Positions 38,338 to 49,378 of a stretch of 52,698 nucleotides of DNA are shown piece after piece (the stretch's first letter is position 1; each line of letters starts with the position of its first letter). This stretch comes from Rotaria sp. (Eukaryota): contig CAJNOF010000202.1 of NCBI GenBank assembly GCA_905250055.1, positions 107,666 to 160,363 of the forward strand, written 5' to 3'. The position numbers were made by a program, and so were the translations under genes. The notes under the pieces are model-generated. The model saw nothing but the letters and a program-made list of their open reading frames with translations. It made no database searches and was not told the DNA's origin.

Positions 38338-41300
38338 AAGTGTTGAAAGTGTAAATGATATTTAATTATTGTTATTTTGTAGTTTATGATTGCAAACCAA
38401 ATGATCCATTGTACATGGTTTGTATTATGACATATTTTCAGAGTTCGATTGTTTACTTTTCTGATCTTTGGTTAGCTCGGTGGTCAAACTGAATCTGTAA
38501 TACACAATTTTTCCAGTGAACCGATTACTTCATCCGGTAATTTATTCATTATTATTATTTACAACAATAGTATTTGGATTTAGGTCAAACGACTAGTGCT
38601 TCACTTCTTAGTAAATTGAAAGATGTTCGATCTACTACAACCATGATTGAAGAGCTTTTCAAACATCAATTCAAAGTTGTATTATTTTGAAATTTCATTT
38701 GATATTTATTTTCTTTTTTTTTCTATGTAATTCGAATATAGGATGGTTCATTTACATTGAATAAAGACCTAGCTGATGTATTTCACATTGATGTTGATAC
38801 ATTCAATGATCTTGAAAACTACTTACGTGAACAAGGTTTTAACTCATTGGGTAACATTGAATGGTTTATTTTTAGAGTATAAAAGTATGAGATTTTTGTT
38901 TTGTTAGCGTTGAACATACGCAATGAAATTCTTTATTTGATCGGCACGGGTGTTATTCTTATCTGGCTTGTTCTTCAAACACAAGCATCACAACAGAATA
39001 CATTTCAATTTTTATTTAACATCGAACAAATCAAAGTGAGCTGAATTTTTTTCGATCTTCTCATTATCTAGATTAGCCTCTTTATATCTCGAAGGTTCAT
39101 CTTTGCAATCATTTACCTGCTAATATGAACGAACAAATAAACAAAGCGATTGAATTCTATCAACAAACAAATCAACGTAATGGCATATATTGCAAACAAT
39201 TAGAATTGAGCGATTCATCATGGAACATGTTTATTCAACGTATACTTATTGGTATCGATCGTGTCGATAACTAAAAGAATGACTCAACAGTGACTTGTCT
39301 GCTTTTACAAATATTTTTTCTTTCTATACTTTTATTATCCTAATCATGAAATGCTTCAACAAAAAAGACAGAAAATTTGAAGATATTCATATACTGATAA
39401 ATTTCATGTAGTTAACAGAATCTTACTGGAATTTTTCTCTCGTACGAGTAATGATTCATATCCTATGATTGAACTTGAAAATGTCATCTTACATGTTGGG
39501 TGAAGTCTTTGCTGGACTCAATGTGAGTTCGAATTTGGTAAGCATTGAACTTGTTCCCGTGCCAGTCATTTTTTCTTATTAATATAAAGTCAAAGTGTTA
39601 TTTATATCAGCATTCAACATTCCAGAGATCTGTTTTATTAACCACAAACTTAGGATTGATAGGATAGATCTATAATCAAGTACATTGTTTACAAAAAAGA
39701 CATGTATCTTTTAAATTGAAACAAACAACTATAGGTATCTGTTTTAGCTTTAATATTCTAGATTAATTGATAATTATTTGGTATTCAGTTGCTCTAAAAT
39801 AACTTCGACACGACGTATATATATATATTAGATGAAGCTACTCTCACAAATAAGTATAATAATTTGATATAATAGAATAACAGAATAGGCATACAAAGAC
39901 CAAAACGAAGAAAATATAAGTACACATATACAAAAGAAAATAGATCAAGTTAAGCACTATTAACAATAGTATATGGTTCTTGTTTAAATTCGCATTTGAG
40001 TATAAATGAATACATCTGATGATTTTATAAATATAAGCTTTAATAATGAGCCAAGTAGATATTTTCTTCGATCGTTTGACAATAGAATCAGATGTAATGT
40101 TCTCATTCAAAACCAATTGGTGATTTGTAAATAGATCATACTAAAAAGTTGTAAAAAAAGCATTATTTTCAATGCACATAAATCAAAGTTCTCTTCGTCT
40201 AATCATAAAAAAGTAGATATTTGGTGAAAATATTTCTGTTTCTCAGCATTTATGAATAGACTTCATTTATATATTCACTCCTAACAGACGTCGAAAATTT
40301 TAAAGATATTTCTCATAATTATTTTACTAATTTATAGCGGCAATTAGATTAGAATAATTTAGAATTCTACTTGACTTTTACTGGTTACTTTTCCATTTAC
40401 AAATTTAGCTCATGTATGTTTAAAACTTTTGGCATGAACCTAATTGGTATGAATGTAACTAATATTAAGTATCTAAGTTTCTGGTTGGATCAAAGCAGAG
40501 TAATAGAATGATGACACTTCGATGTTTCTGAAAATATCTTGTTATAAATTGGAATTGAGCAAAATCTCTACAATTTGAAGAAAAACAAAACATGAAAAAA
40601 AAATAGTTCGATCTTCTTCTATTTAAATTGATCTTGTCATCTGATGTAAATGACATCGTTCTTTGTGAGATATTATAGTGAATATCTGATAGAAAGTCTA
40701 ACACATAAACATATTGAAGATAAATAGAATAAATTAATCTTTCTCATCTGTTTTTGATTGACACAAATAACTTTTACGACAACGAAAGAATAATGATAAA
40801 GGATAAAAGTGATACAATTGAAATTGTCTAATACTAATCAAGTCATAGACTAAGCCTTTTCTGTGTGCATATCTTGGGTTTGATTCGTACATATAAAAAG
40901 ACACAAGACAACGAATTAACTTTTATGAAGAAAAACATTTCGTTTGATTCTCTACTACTTCACTATACTCACTCAAGAATAAATGCTTTCGACAGTAAAG
41001 AAAATTGAGAAAGCAAGTGTACATGATATAAGAACGACAGTATTATAAACATGTATTTGTTTTGAATGAGCAATTGTTTTCTATGAATAGCACACAAGTA
41101 AGTTGAATTATTCATGAAAATTTACATACTTACACTGTGTTGAATCATATCATATATTGTAAAACTACAAATTATAATCATTAAAGTAGAGCACAGACTG
41201 AAAAATACTAGATAGAAAATGAATTCATCACTTTTTTTGTCTTTCAGATGCAGATGATGATTTTGATAAAACATTGTTAGAGTTCATCATAACAATGAAG

Positions 41301-42598
41301 ATGAGATTGTTATCAATAAAAGTTAAATATATTAATCTTTTATATAGTAATAATAATATGATAATCTATAATAAAATAATGTATAGATTAAGTGAAAATC
41401 ACTCCAGATCATCTAGTCCAGTCTTATTGAACTTACTTATATTTTCTAATCTAATCCTCAGTGATTATGTGGAAGAGAAGTGTAGATTAGAGATGTGCGG
41501 GACCAGTTCTAGGACTGGAAGCAAAAAAAATTGTTCAAAGCAAAATTAAAGAATTTTCTACCATTTTAAGCAAATTTTCTCGTAAATCACACCGATCCAA
41601 AGAAAATTCAGGAGAGGTCATCGAAAAAGTGACGTTTTTTCGTCTAAAGGAGTCAAACAATGAGTATTCAAGATCATTTTTAAACTTTAATATGAGAAAA
41701 TTTTGAATAGTTTTCTTGAATCGAAGAAAAGTGAAGAAGAAATGAAAAACAGACAAATAATCTTTTATTTCATTTTTCTCTTCGTTCATTTGTTATTATA
41801 AATTATTAACTTTAAATTCTTTCGTCTATCATTTCAAAAACTTTTTTTTTTGAAAAAGATTTTAAAAATTTCCTAATTGAAGTTCTACGTATTTTGTAAT
41901 AAAGATTAAAACTAGAGTGAAGATTAAATATCTATAAAATATCAGTTTAGATTTTGGATTTAAAAGAATATTCATTCTTCTGATTTCAAGTGAACATAAA
42001 AGTCAGAAATTATCTTCAATTACTTCTCTAACAATATCTCAATCATAGTTATTGTAAGAGAATGAAAAGAAATCAAATTTTAAGATACGTTAAACAAGAA
42101 AAATATGATAATATTAAAGTTAATAGAGCAGATGAATATATTTTTAAATAATTTTCTTTCTTAAAGCAAGACTTTATTCATTGTCATGAAAGATATGTGT
42201 TTTCATTTGATGATAGATATAATTTTATATTTATTGACTTCGATTAACATGTAAAATAATCAAAATGAATTATTCTAGCATAAATAAAATCTTAAATAAT
42301 TCATAAAAGATAATTGTTTAATTATATTTGTCAATAGTCAAAAATACACAATCTTGCTTGAATCAATCTAACAATGTTTAATAAGATAATCTCAATTTTT
42401 GATTTTTCAAAACTCATTTGCCATTTTAACTGATGAACAAAGAAAAATGTCCAGAGAAGTAATGAAAAATTCTATCTACAATATATTTAAGATGATAATG
42501 ATGATTATACACAATGAAAACATCAAATGATCATTAGAATGATAATCATGAAGAGATAATTAGATTAATGAATTTGTCTCTTCTCATATATATGAAAA

Positions 42599-43194
42599 TT
42601 ATTAATGTCCGTTTCAAAATATAATGCGCCCCACTGTTTTTTGAATAACTCAAGAATGCAATCAGCTAGAGACCTGCGGTTTTCACCAATCAGAAGAAGG
42701 GACAGGGGGCGTCTTTTTCTCCAATATCGTATCAGACGGAATCATTTTGAAACCAGTCATTTCTGCATAACATCGAAAAAATGGTCTGTCATTCAGATTA
42801 AATTTTGAGAAAAAGTAAAAAAATTTGCTTCAAAATTAAAAGAAATTCATAGTTTTCTTGCGAGTAAATAGACGATTTTATTTGCTAAACGTTAGGATGC
42901 GGTAAGATAATCATTCGAATTATATCCTGAAGTATAGATCCGAAGTCCCTCTATCTAGATCACATGTCAAAAGGAAAATTTCTTCAGAATGCCGAGTCGT
43001 TTTCATGCATTTTTTGCAATGTTTTGCAGAAATGACTGATTCTAAAATGATTTTGTCGAATATATTATTGGAGAAAAATACGTCCCACTGTCTCTTCTTT
43101 CGATTGGTGAAAACCGCAGATCTCTAGCTGATTGCGTTCTTGAATTATTCAAAAAACAGTGGGACGCATTATATTTTGAAACGGACATTAGTAA
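42599..43194. mobile_element. Non-autonomous DNA-transposon (MITE-like) element, ~596 bp, with ~110-bp terminal inverted repeats
   Basis: Left TIR ttattaatgtccgtttcaaaatataatgcgccccactgttttttgaataactcaagaatgcaatcagctagagacctgcggttttcaccaatcagaagaagggacag... Right TIR (reverse complement) ttactaatgtccgtttcaaaatataatgcgtcccactgttttttgaataattcaagaacgcaatcagctagagatctgcggttttcaccaatcgaaagaagagacag... About 6 mismatches. Internal ~370 bp with no meaningful ORF. Confidence 0.85.
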
Positions 43195-43234
43195 CTTTTA
43201 CTTTGAGGGTCAACTTTAGAGGTGTCTATGTAAA

Positions 43235-43275
43235 AGCTGAGGGGGGCTAAAGCCCTCTCAGCCACCCCCTTCCCT
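43235..43275. repeat. G-rich palindrome of the GGGGGGCT(A)AGCC family, just outside the MITE
   Basis: ctgaggggggctaaagccctctcagccacccccttccc. Confidence 0.6.
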
Positions 43276-44082
43276 ACGGCCTTGCTTTTTAGTCAAAAAG
43301 TATGAAAAGTACCTAAAATGGCTCACATATACATACTTTTTTTTTTACATGAGTAGTTAGCAAAGCTTTAAGAAAAAGAAAAAAAAAAATGCAGCGTGAA
43401 AATGAAAGATAAGAAATTTAAAATGCTCCTATAATGCGAAAATAACCAATGAATCATTCGACGCAAAAGACTCAAACAGTGGCGGGTGAAAAGAGCTCAA
43501 ACCAATGCCAACATCTCACTCGAATAATTCTGAATATTTTGCTTATCATTGCATGATCGTCGTGAGTAATTCATCACAATGATTTGACTAGGAACATCAA
43601 ATATTATGACGATCATATGCATAGTGCTATCATGATCCAAATATTGATCAGCGTTGAGTCATATATAACATTGATTGTCATGATCGAAGTTACTTTAAAA
43701 GTTGATCAATTTATCAATGCATGCTAGTTATTCATTTCGTTGATGAACTGTTGAGTGTTTTGATGTTATTATTTAATTGTAAATGCGCACTTATACAGTA
43801 AACTGCACATACCACAACCTCTGCGTACATCCGAATTGAGATAATCGGTGTGCGTATACTTATGCATTAATGCCAGCGTGCAAAAGTTAGACTCTTTGTC
43901 AACCATTTAAGATGGCATTAGACAATCTACAGCCTCAGTATGGATATAGATGTGAGCCAAAGGGAATATCATATAACATTCACTTCACACAACCGTAGTC
44001 AGAGGGACATCCTGAACGAAACTATCGAAACGTCTTAGTTGCTTGTGCTGATCTCTTACGTGTCTCGCCATTAGAAACATGA

Positions 44083-44165
44083 TATGGAGTGTGAGTATGG
44101 GTGTGAGTAATGGTCTGGATGTAGTATTAAATAGTTAAATGAAACATCCATACCCACACCTGCAG
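44083..44165. repeat. Head-to-head telomere-repeat palindrome
   Basis: gagtgtgagtatgggtgtgagtaatggtctggatg ... spacer ... catccatacccacacc. Confidence 0.7.
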
Positions 44166-45330
44166 ATTTTTGCAGTCTTTTTCATAGGTATTCTTGATGG
44201 AGACACTACCCAAAAACAGTTCTATCAAGGTTAAATTAAATCACTTTGTTCCTTGATAAAAATCTTAATGTAAGCGTTTTTCTTCTTTTTAACATGGTAT
44301 GACCGTTTCATAAGCCGTTCGCAAACATATTCACAATCAGACGATCGTAAAATATGCTATGACATTTCGCATAAAGCTTAAGTTTAATCTTTCTATTGCT
44401 ATATTTTTTCTTCAAACATGATGCTTATTGATACAACGTAAATAAAATCATCACCAGATTCTTTATCCAATTGCGTGTTGGGATATTCGATATTCCAAAC
44501 TATGAATTTTGAGATCATAGATAGCATTGCACAAAATTTGTAAATTATTAGTAGGGGAAGGGGATGATATGAAAAATTAGAGCATATCGTTGGATAGAGA
44601 TCGTCAACTTGTACTTAGAACAAGCTCCTATGATAATTCGGGGTGGATATGCTAGAATCTGGTGGTGGCTTCACTTATGTATTGATAAAGCAAGTATAGG
44701 TGCAGGTTTGTTGCGTTTCCTAACATTGTAATAGAAGAATCGAAATTGGTCAACAGCTTCCCTGTGAATTTCGAGTATCGAGAAGCATTCCTCTATATGA
44801 ATATCAGAGATACTTAAGATCTTGTATGGATCAGCATGAGCGGACAAATGCTATTGGGTCTTGAGAGTAGATAAGAAACTATTACAGGATGAGAAAAAAA
44901 AATAATTGATACAGTACCGCTAAGTAGAAAAAGATCGGATGATTCTATCTTCTACCCTATATCTCCTACTTTCAACATTGCATTTAGCAAAACCCATCGG
45001 GTCAAAGAATTACGTTTTATTATTAATGATAGTTGATTATCAAATAACATTATCTGGAAGCATAATTTTTGTGAAGAACAAATTCGACAATAGAAACATT
45101 AATTACAAAGTACTCCATATGCAGGGTATTTAAGCAAATGTTACGATCGCCCGATTCTGAATATGTTTGCGATTGGTTTATGAGATTGTAGTAAAATGTC
45201 AAGAAAAAGAGAAAAGACTATACTGAGATTGTTACCAAGAGAAGAAGTGCTTTTATAAAGGTTTGATAGCACTGTTATTCAGTAGTGTCTCGGTTAGGAA
45301 TAGCTTCTGTTGTAATTTCAGGAGCAGTTC

Positions 45331-47877
45331 ATGGAATTTCCAGTTACGTTGCGGCTGTACATATTGTTGATTGTGATCGTGATATGTAACGGACTGTCGA
45401 GTCCTCTTCGACCTTTTACGACCTACAAACATTCGGTAGAACTTCAGGAAAAAACGGCTTACCTATGGTGGACAGTGAATGATGTCGAACAAGAGATTAC
45501 ATTTGAATTGCATATGAAGACTGTCGGATGGATTGCTTTGGGGATTAGTCCAGGTAGGAAATTCTACAGTTGACTGTTTCTCTGATTTTGATGTTTGTAA
45601 TTGACATTTAGCTGGAGGCATGAAAGGTGCTGATATCGCAGTCGGATGGGTTGACTCTTCTGGTAAAGTTCATATTCAAGTATGACAGATATTTTTTCTG
45701 ATTTCTAACGTATAAAAACATTCATCGATCGAGTCTTTTATCAGGATCGATTTGCATTCGACAAAACAAAACCAATCATAGACAACACAACTCAAGATTG
45801 GTTTGTTCTTCAAGGACAAGAACAAAATGGATGGACAGCCATTCAATTCAAACGTTACTTTGATTCTTGTGACCCGATGGATGTTCCTATTAAAGTATGA
45901 CTGTTGATTCTGCTGTTAAACTAATGGACATATTATACTTTGTCACAACTAGTCTGGCACGAATATTCTAATATTTGCCTATGGTCTTGTCGATCTTGAT
46001 TTGTGTCAATCAAACGTTGATATCACGTATCATAATGATCGGAGAGGTACACGTATGTTACCACTTCGATCGTATTCTGAATCACCAGCGGATGATATGT
46101 TTTCTGGACGAGATTTCTTCGATTTCCGTTTCGACAATGTGCTTGACTATATAATAGTATCTTTTTTTTCTTATTCTTCATCTCTTTCTTTAGCATTTGG
46201 TACCATCAGCTGATACAACGTACTATTGCAAAGTATTCATGAGCCCAAATAGATTTTCTACGAAAAGACACGCGATAGCCGTACATTCTATTTATTTCAT
46301 GATTATTTTACACTTATTTTGGTATTTTCTCATTCTTGACAGCATAAAGTATTAATTGATCCGAGAAATGTGAATCTTGTGCATCATCTAGACCTATTCG
46401 AATGTACTTCGAAGGATGTACTCAATGATGACCATCTACCCGATGGCATATGTGATGATATTCTCACTGAAACGAGAATCTGTTCGTCACGTTTAGCTAC
46501 TGCTTGGTCAATCGGTGCTGATGTGGTAAGTGGAAAACGACAATCAAAAAATTACTAATAGAATGGCTTGAAATTCAAATAGACTACAGTATATCCGGAA
46601 GAAGCTGGTTATCCTATCACTACTAGTGTCGGCACTAAGTATTTTATGATTAAAATGCACTATGACAATCCACGACAAACTTCAAGTAGGATAAATGAGC
46701 GTTTGTGTTGCACAGTTTGGAGTAAGATTGATTCTTTTATTGTTCTCTAGATCTTCGAGACAGTTCAGGGATTCGATTTTATCTTGGTGATGAACTTCGA
46801 CAATATGATCTTGGTTACGTCTTATTTGGAACCCTGTCTAGTCCAGCAGCTCTTGCTATTCCACCGAAAACGGAACAGTTCATTGTCGACTCTTATTGCC
46901 CTCCTGAAGCCACTCGCGTAAGCACATTGTTTCATTCATATAAGACTTGAGATTATATTCGTATTCTTCTTTGTGAAATAGAATTTTCCTGTTTCTGGTA
47001 TCAACATCGTGTCCGCCTTGCCACATACTCACTTACAAGGTACATGACTTGTAAGATAATGAAAAGACTAAAAATTCATGGGTTTCTATATAGGTTCCAG
47101 CGTATGGACCAAATTGATTCGTAACAACACAGCTGTTCAATATCTATTCAATGCAGAAGCATTCGATTTCAATTATCAATTCGCAAATCGGCTACCAAAG
47201 CCAATCAAAATCTATCCAGTAAGAAATCAGGCAGCTGACATGTGTAAAATTTGATTAAAATTTAGGGAGACGCATTTGTGACTCGTTGTATATATAGTAC
47301 AAAGAACAAGAATGTGATCACATTGGTAGAATGATAAAATAAAATTGTGCAGATTTATAATTTATATTTTGTCCATATATAGGGTGGAAAGCGAACAACG
47401 GACGAAATGTGTTCTCACACATTCTCTTATTACCCACTCGTTGATAGTCTATCCGCATGCATGTCAGCCATTGACGAGACAGCATGGCAAACTATCATGA
47501 ATACATCCACGTCAGTTTTTCTTTATAAACTTTCGAATTCTAGTTCTTTTTCTCATTTGAATAGACCAATAGGCAACATCAAACTGCAGGAATGGCTTCT
47601 TAATCTTGTATGGACACCTCAAGCAGTTACTCAATGGCAAGAGTTCTACAATAAAGCTCAACGTTTTATTCTTTATGATCGAGAAGGCCAATTCACAAAT
47701 AAAGTTTTACTCACCATCCCGAAATATAAAGATCTTACAGCTGAGCCATGCAATAAAAAAGAGGTTCAACATAGTACGGATCAATCATGTGAGATATTCA
47801 ATGATTCAATAGCTTGTCAACATACATTGTATCTCTTTACTTTAATTTTCTTTGTTTTGAAAAATATAATTCCTTAA
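45331..47877 (+). CDS. Dopamine/tyramine beta-hydroxylase-like copper type II ascorbate-dependent monooxygenase (DBH/MOXD1 family) with N-terminal signal peptide and DOMON domain; 11 exons, ~614 aa
   Basis: Join 45331-45553, 45612-45679, 45745-45894, 45953-46138, 46194-46280, 46343-46525, 46583-46685, 46751-46917, 46982-47039, 47094-47218, 47383-47877, with all phases consistent. Signal peptide MEFPVTLRLYILLIVIVICNG. DOMON: WTVNDVEQEITFELHMKTVGWIALGISPAGGMKGADIAVGWVDSSGKVHIQDRFAF. DTTYYC. CuA signature HHLDLFEC (H-H-[LM]-x2-F-x-C). HYDNP. CuB signature HTHLQG (H-T-H-x2-G). DEMCSHTFSYYP. TAA stop at 47875-47877. Confidence 0.85.
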
Positions 47878-48339
47878 TTGAAAAGCTTCATTGATTTTGT
47901 ATATTAACATTTCATAGCAAGCACTTTTTATGGATAACAGGCTGATTTTTTACTCGTATCAGTTTAAAACTAGGTAAAATCCTTTTAGTGACATCATCAA
48001 TGCGCCAACATTCATAGCGGCTATTGAAGTCCAAGTTTTTGAAATGGTCAAAAAATCACTCAACCACTTAGAATAGCCAAAATTAGTGTCTCCTGTCTTA
48101 TGTTTCTTCATGGAAAGCTTAATTATGTCTCTGTTACAACTTTTTTCATCATGAAACAAAGATGGGTGATTCAAGCCTTGTTTCGAGTCAGAGTTTTTTG
48201 GGTTATTGTTCGTATCTGTTTATTTTTACTGGGAAGATCCACAACAATTTTTTTTCATTATATCCCGTTCCAATTTCTTCGGAACAAAAACCGAAATAAG
48301 AAAAGTCACATACAAAATGAAAACATAAAACTATAGATA

Positions 48340-48570
48340 TATAGAGCAAGAATTCTTGAAATTTTCACTTTAAAAAATTAAGGTTAAAGTAATATTTTTC
48401 ACAAAAATTTTTTTTTGAAAAAGAAATATTTCTTTCACTAAAAAAAATATTCTTTGGTAAATAAAAACATTTTTTCGCAAAAAATCATTTTTTTCACACG
48501 AATTTCGATTTTTACAAAAAAAAATGATTTCTTTTTACAAAACAAAATATTTTTGTGAAAAAATCTACTT
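48340..48570. repeat. AT-rich minisatellite: ~10 degenerate ~20-bp units (TTTCAC/G-AAAAAAT-ATTT...) flanked by ttaaggttaaag / cttaactttaac inverted motifs
   Basis: ttttcacaaaaatttttttttgaaaaagaaatatttctttcactaaaaaaaatattctttggtaaataaaaacattttttcgcaaaaaatcatttttttcacacgaatttcgatttttacaaaaaaaaatgatttctttttacaaaacaaaatatttttgtgaaaaaatc. Confidence 0.65.
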
Positions 48571-49302
48571 TAACTTTAACTTAAAAGTTTGAAGTTTAAG
48601 CATGTTACCTTAACTTTAACGTTAAATAAAATTAAAGTGCCACTTCTAACGCGTAGTCCATCACTCGTAACATATGAAAATGAAGGTCGAAAAAATTCTT
48701 GACGAATCCCTTTGGGATGGATTAGATGCAATTAGCAAGTAAGTTGTGATTAATTAAGAAACTATAATCTTACATATAGTAAGTTTTTATGCCGGTAAAC
48801 CAAACTTTTTTAAATTATTGACTCGAGTCAAACAGTTGAGTCAGTGTTTCCAAATTTTCGAGTCCAAGTCATGACTCGGACTCGCCTATCCCTGCCTGGC
48901 TAGTGATAGGCTGCTGTTTGAATTCTGTTTTTCTTCTCAAATTCATCATTCGAATTTTCTCGCCCTAAGAGCATACAATAGTTGTATGCCTATGAAAATT
49001 TTGTTTTGTTGTTCGCAATAAAATTTTGTTTAAATTCTGTTGTTTGTTGAAAATTTATTTTTTTAGAATTTCTGTCGTGTTAAAAATATCCAATATTAAT
49101 GTGCCTATGCGAAGTTTGGTTTCTCTCATAAGTCATACAATCTTATTCTCAAGCGTACAATCACCTTTAAGATTATATTCGACTTTCTGTCTAGTATGGA
49201 CAAGCCTATAAAATTCGAAATTCTGCTTTGTAGATATTTTGCAGGCCCTCCTTTTTCTATCAAATCATAGGAAGAAAGACATCAGAAATTCAATAAAAAC
49301 AG

Positions 49303-49378
49303 GATTGTGAGTGTGGGAGTTCATGTACCGATAAGTCTTCTTTTTGTCCACACACTCACTCACACCCAATTCAAGGAG
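49303..49378. repeat. Head-to-head telomere-repeat palindrome
   Basis: ttgtgagtgtgggagttcatgtaccgataagtcttctttttgtccacacactcactcacaccc. Confidence 0.7.

Noticed and set aside
38750-39273. Exon-like open frames (DGSFTLNKDLADVFHIDVDTFNDLENYLREQ ... NMNEQINKAIEFYQQTNQRNGIYCKQLELSDSSWNMFIQRILIGIDRVDN*)
   Set aside because: They are plausibly coding (GT donors present), but there is no recognisable domain and it is unclear whether they belong to the HSP70-like gene or a separate one. They are not listed as a feature.
48670-48735. Possible first exon MKMKVEKILDESLWDGLDAIS followed by a GTAAGT donor
   Set aside because: The open frame is short, no downstream exons could be connected, and there is no similarity to any known family.
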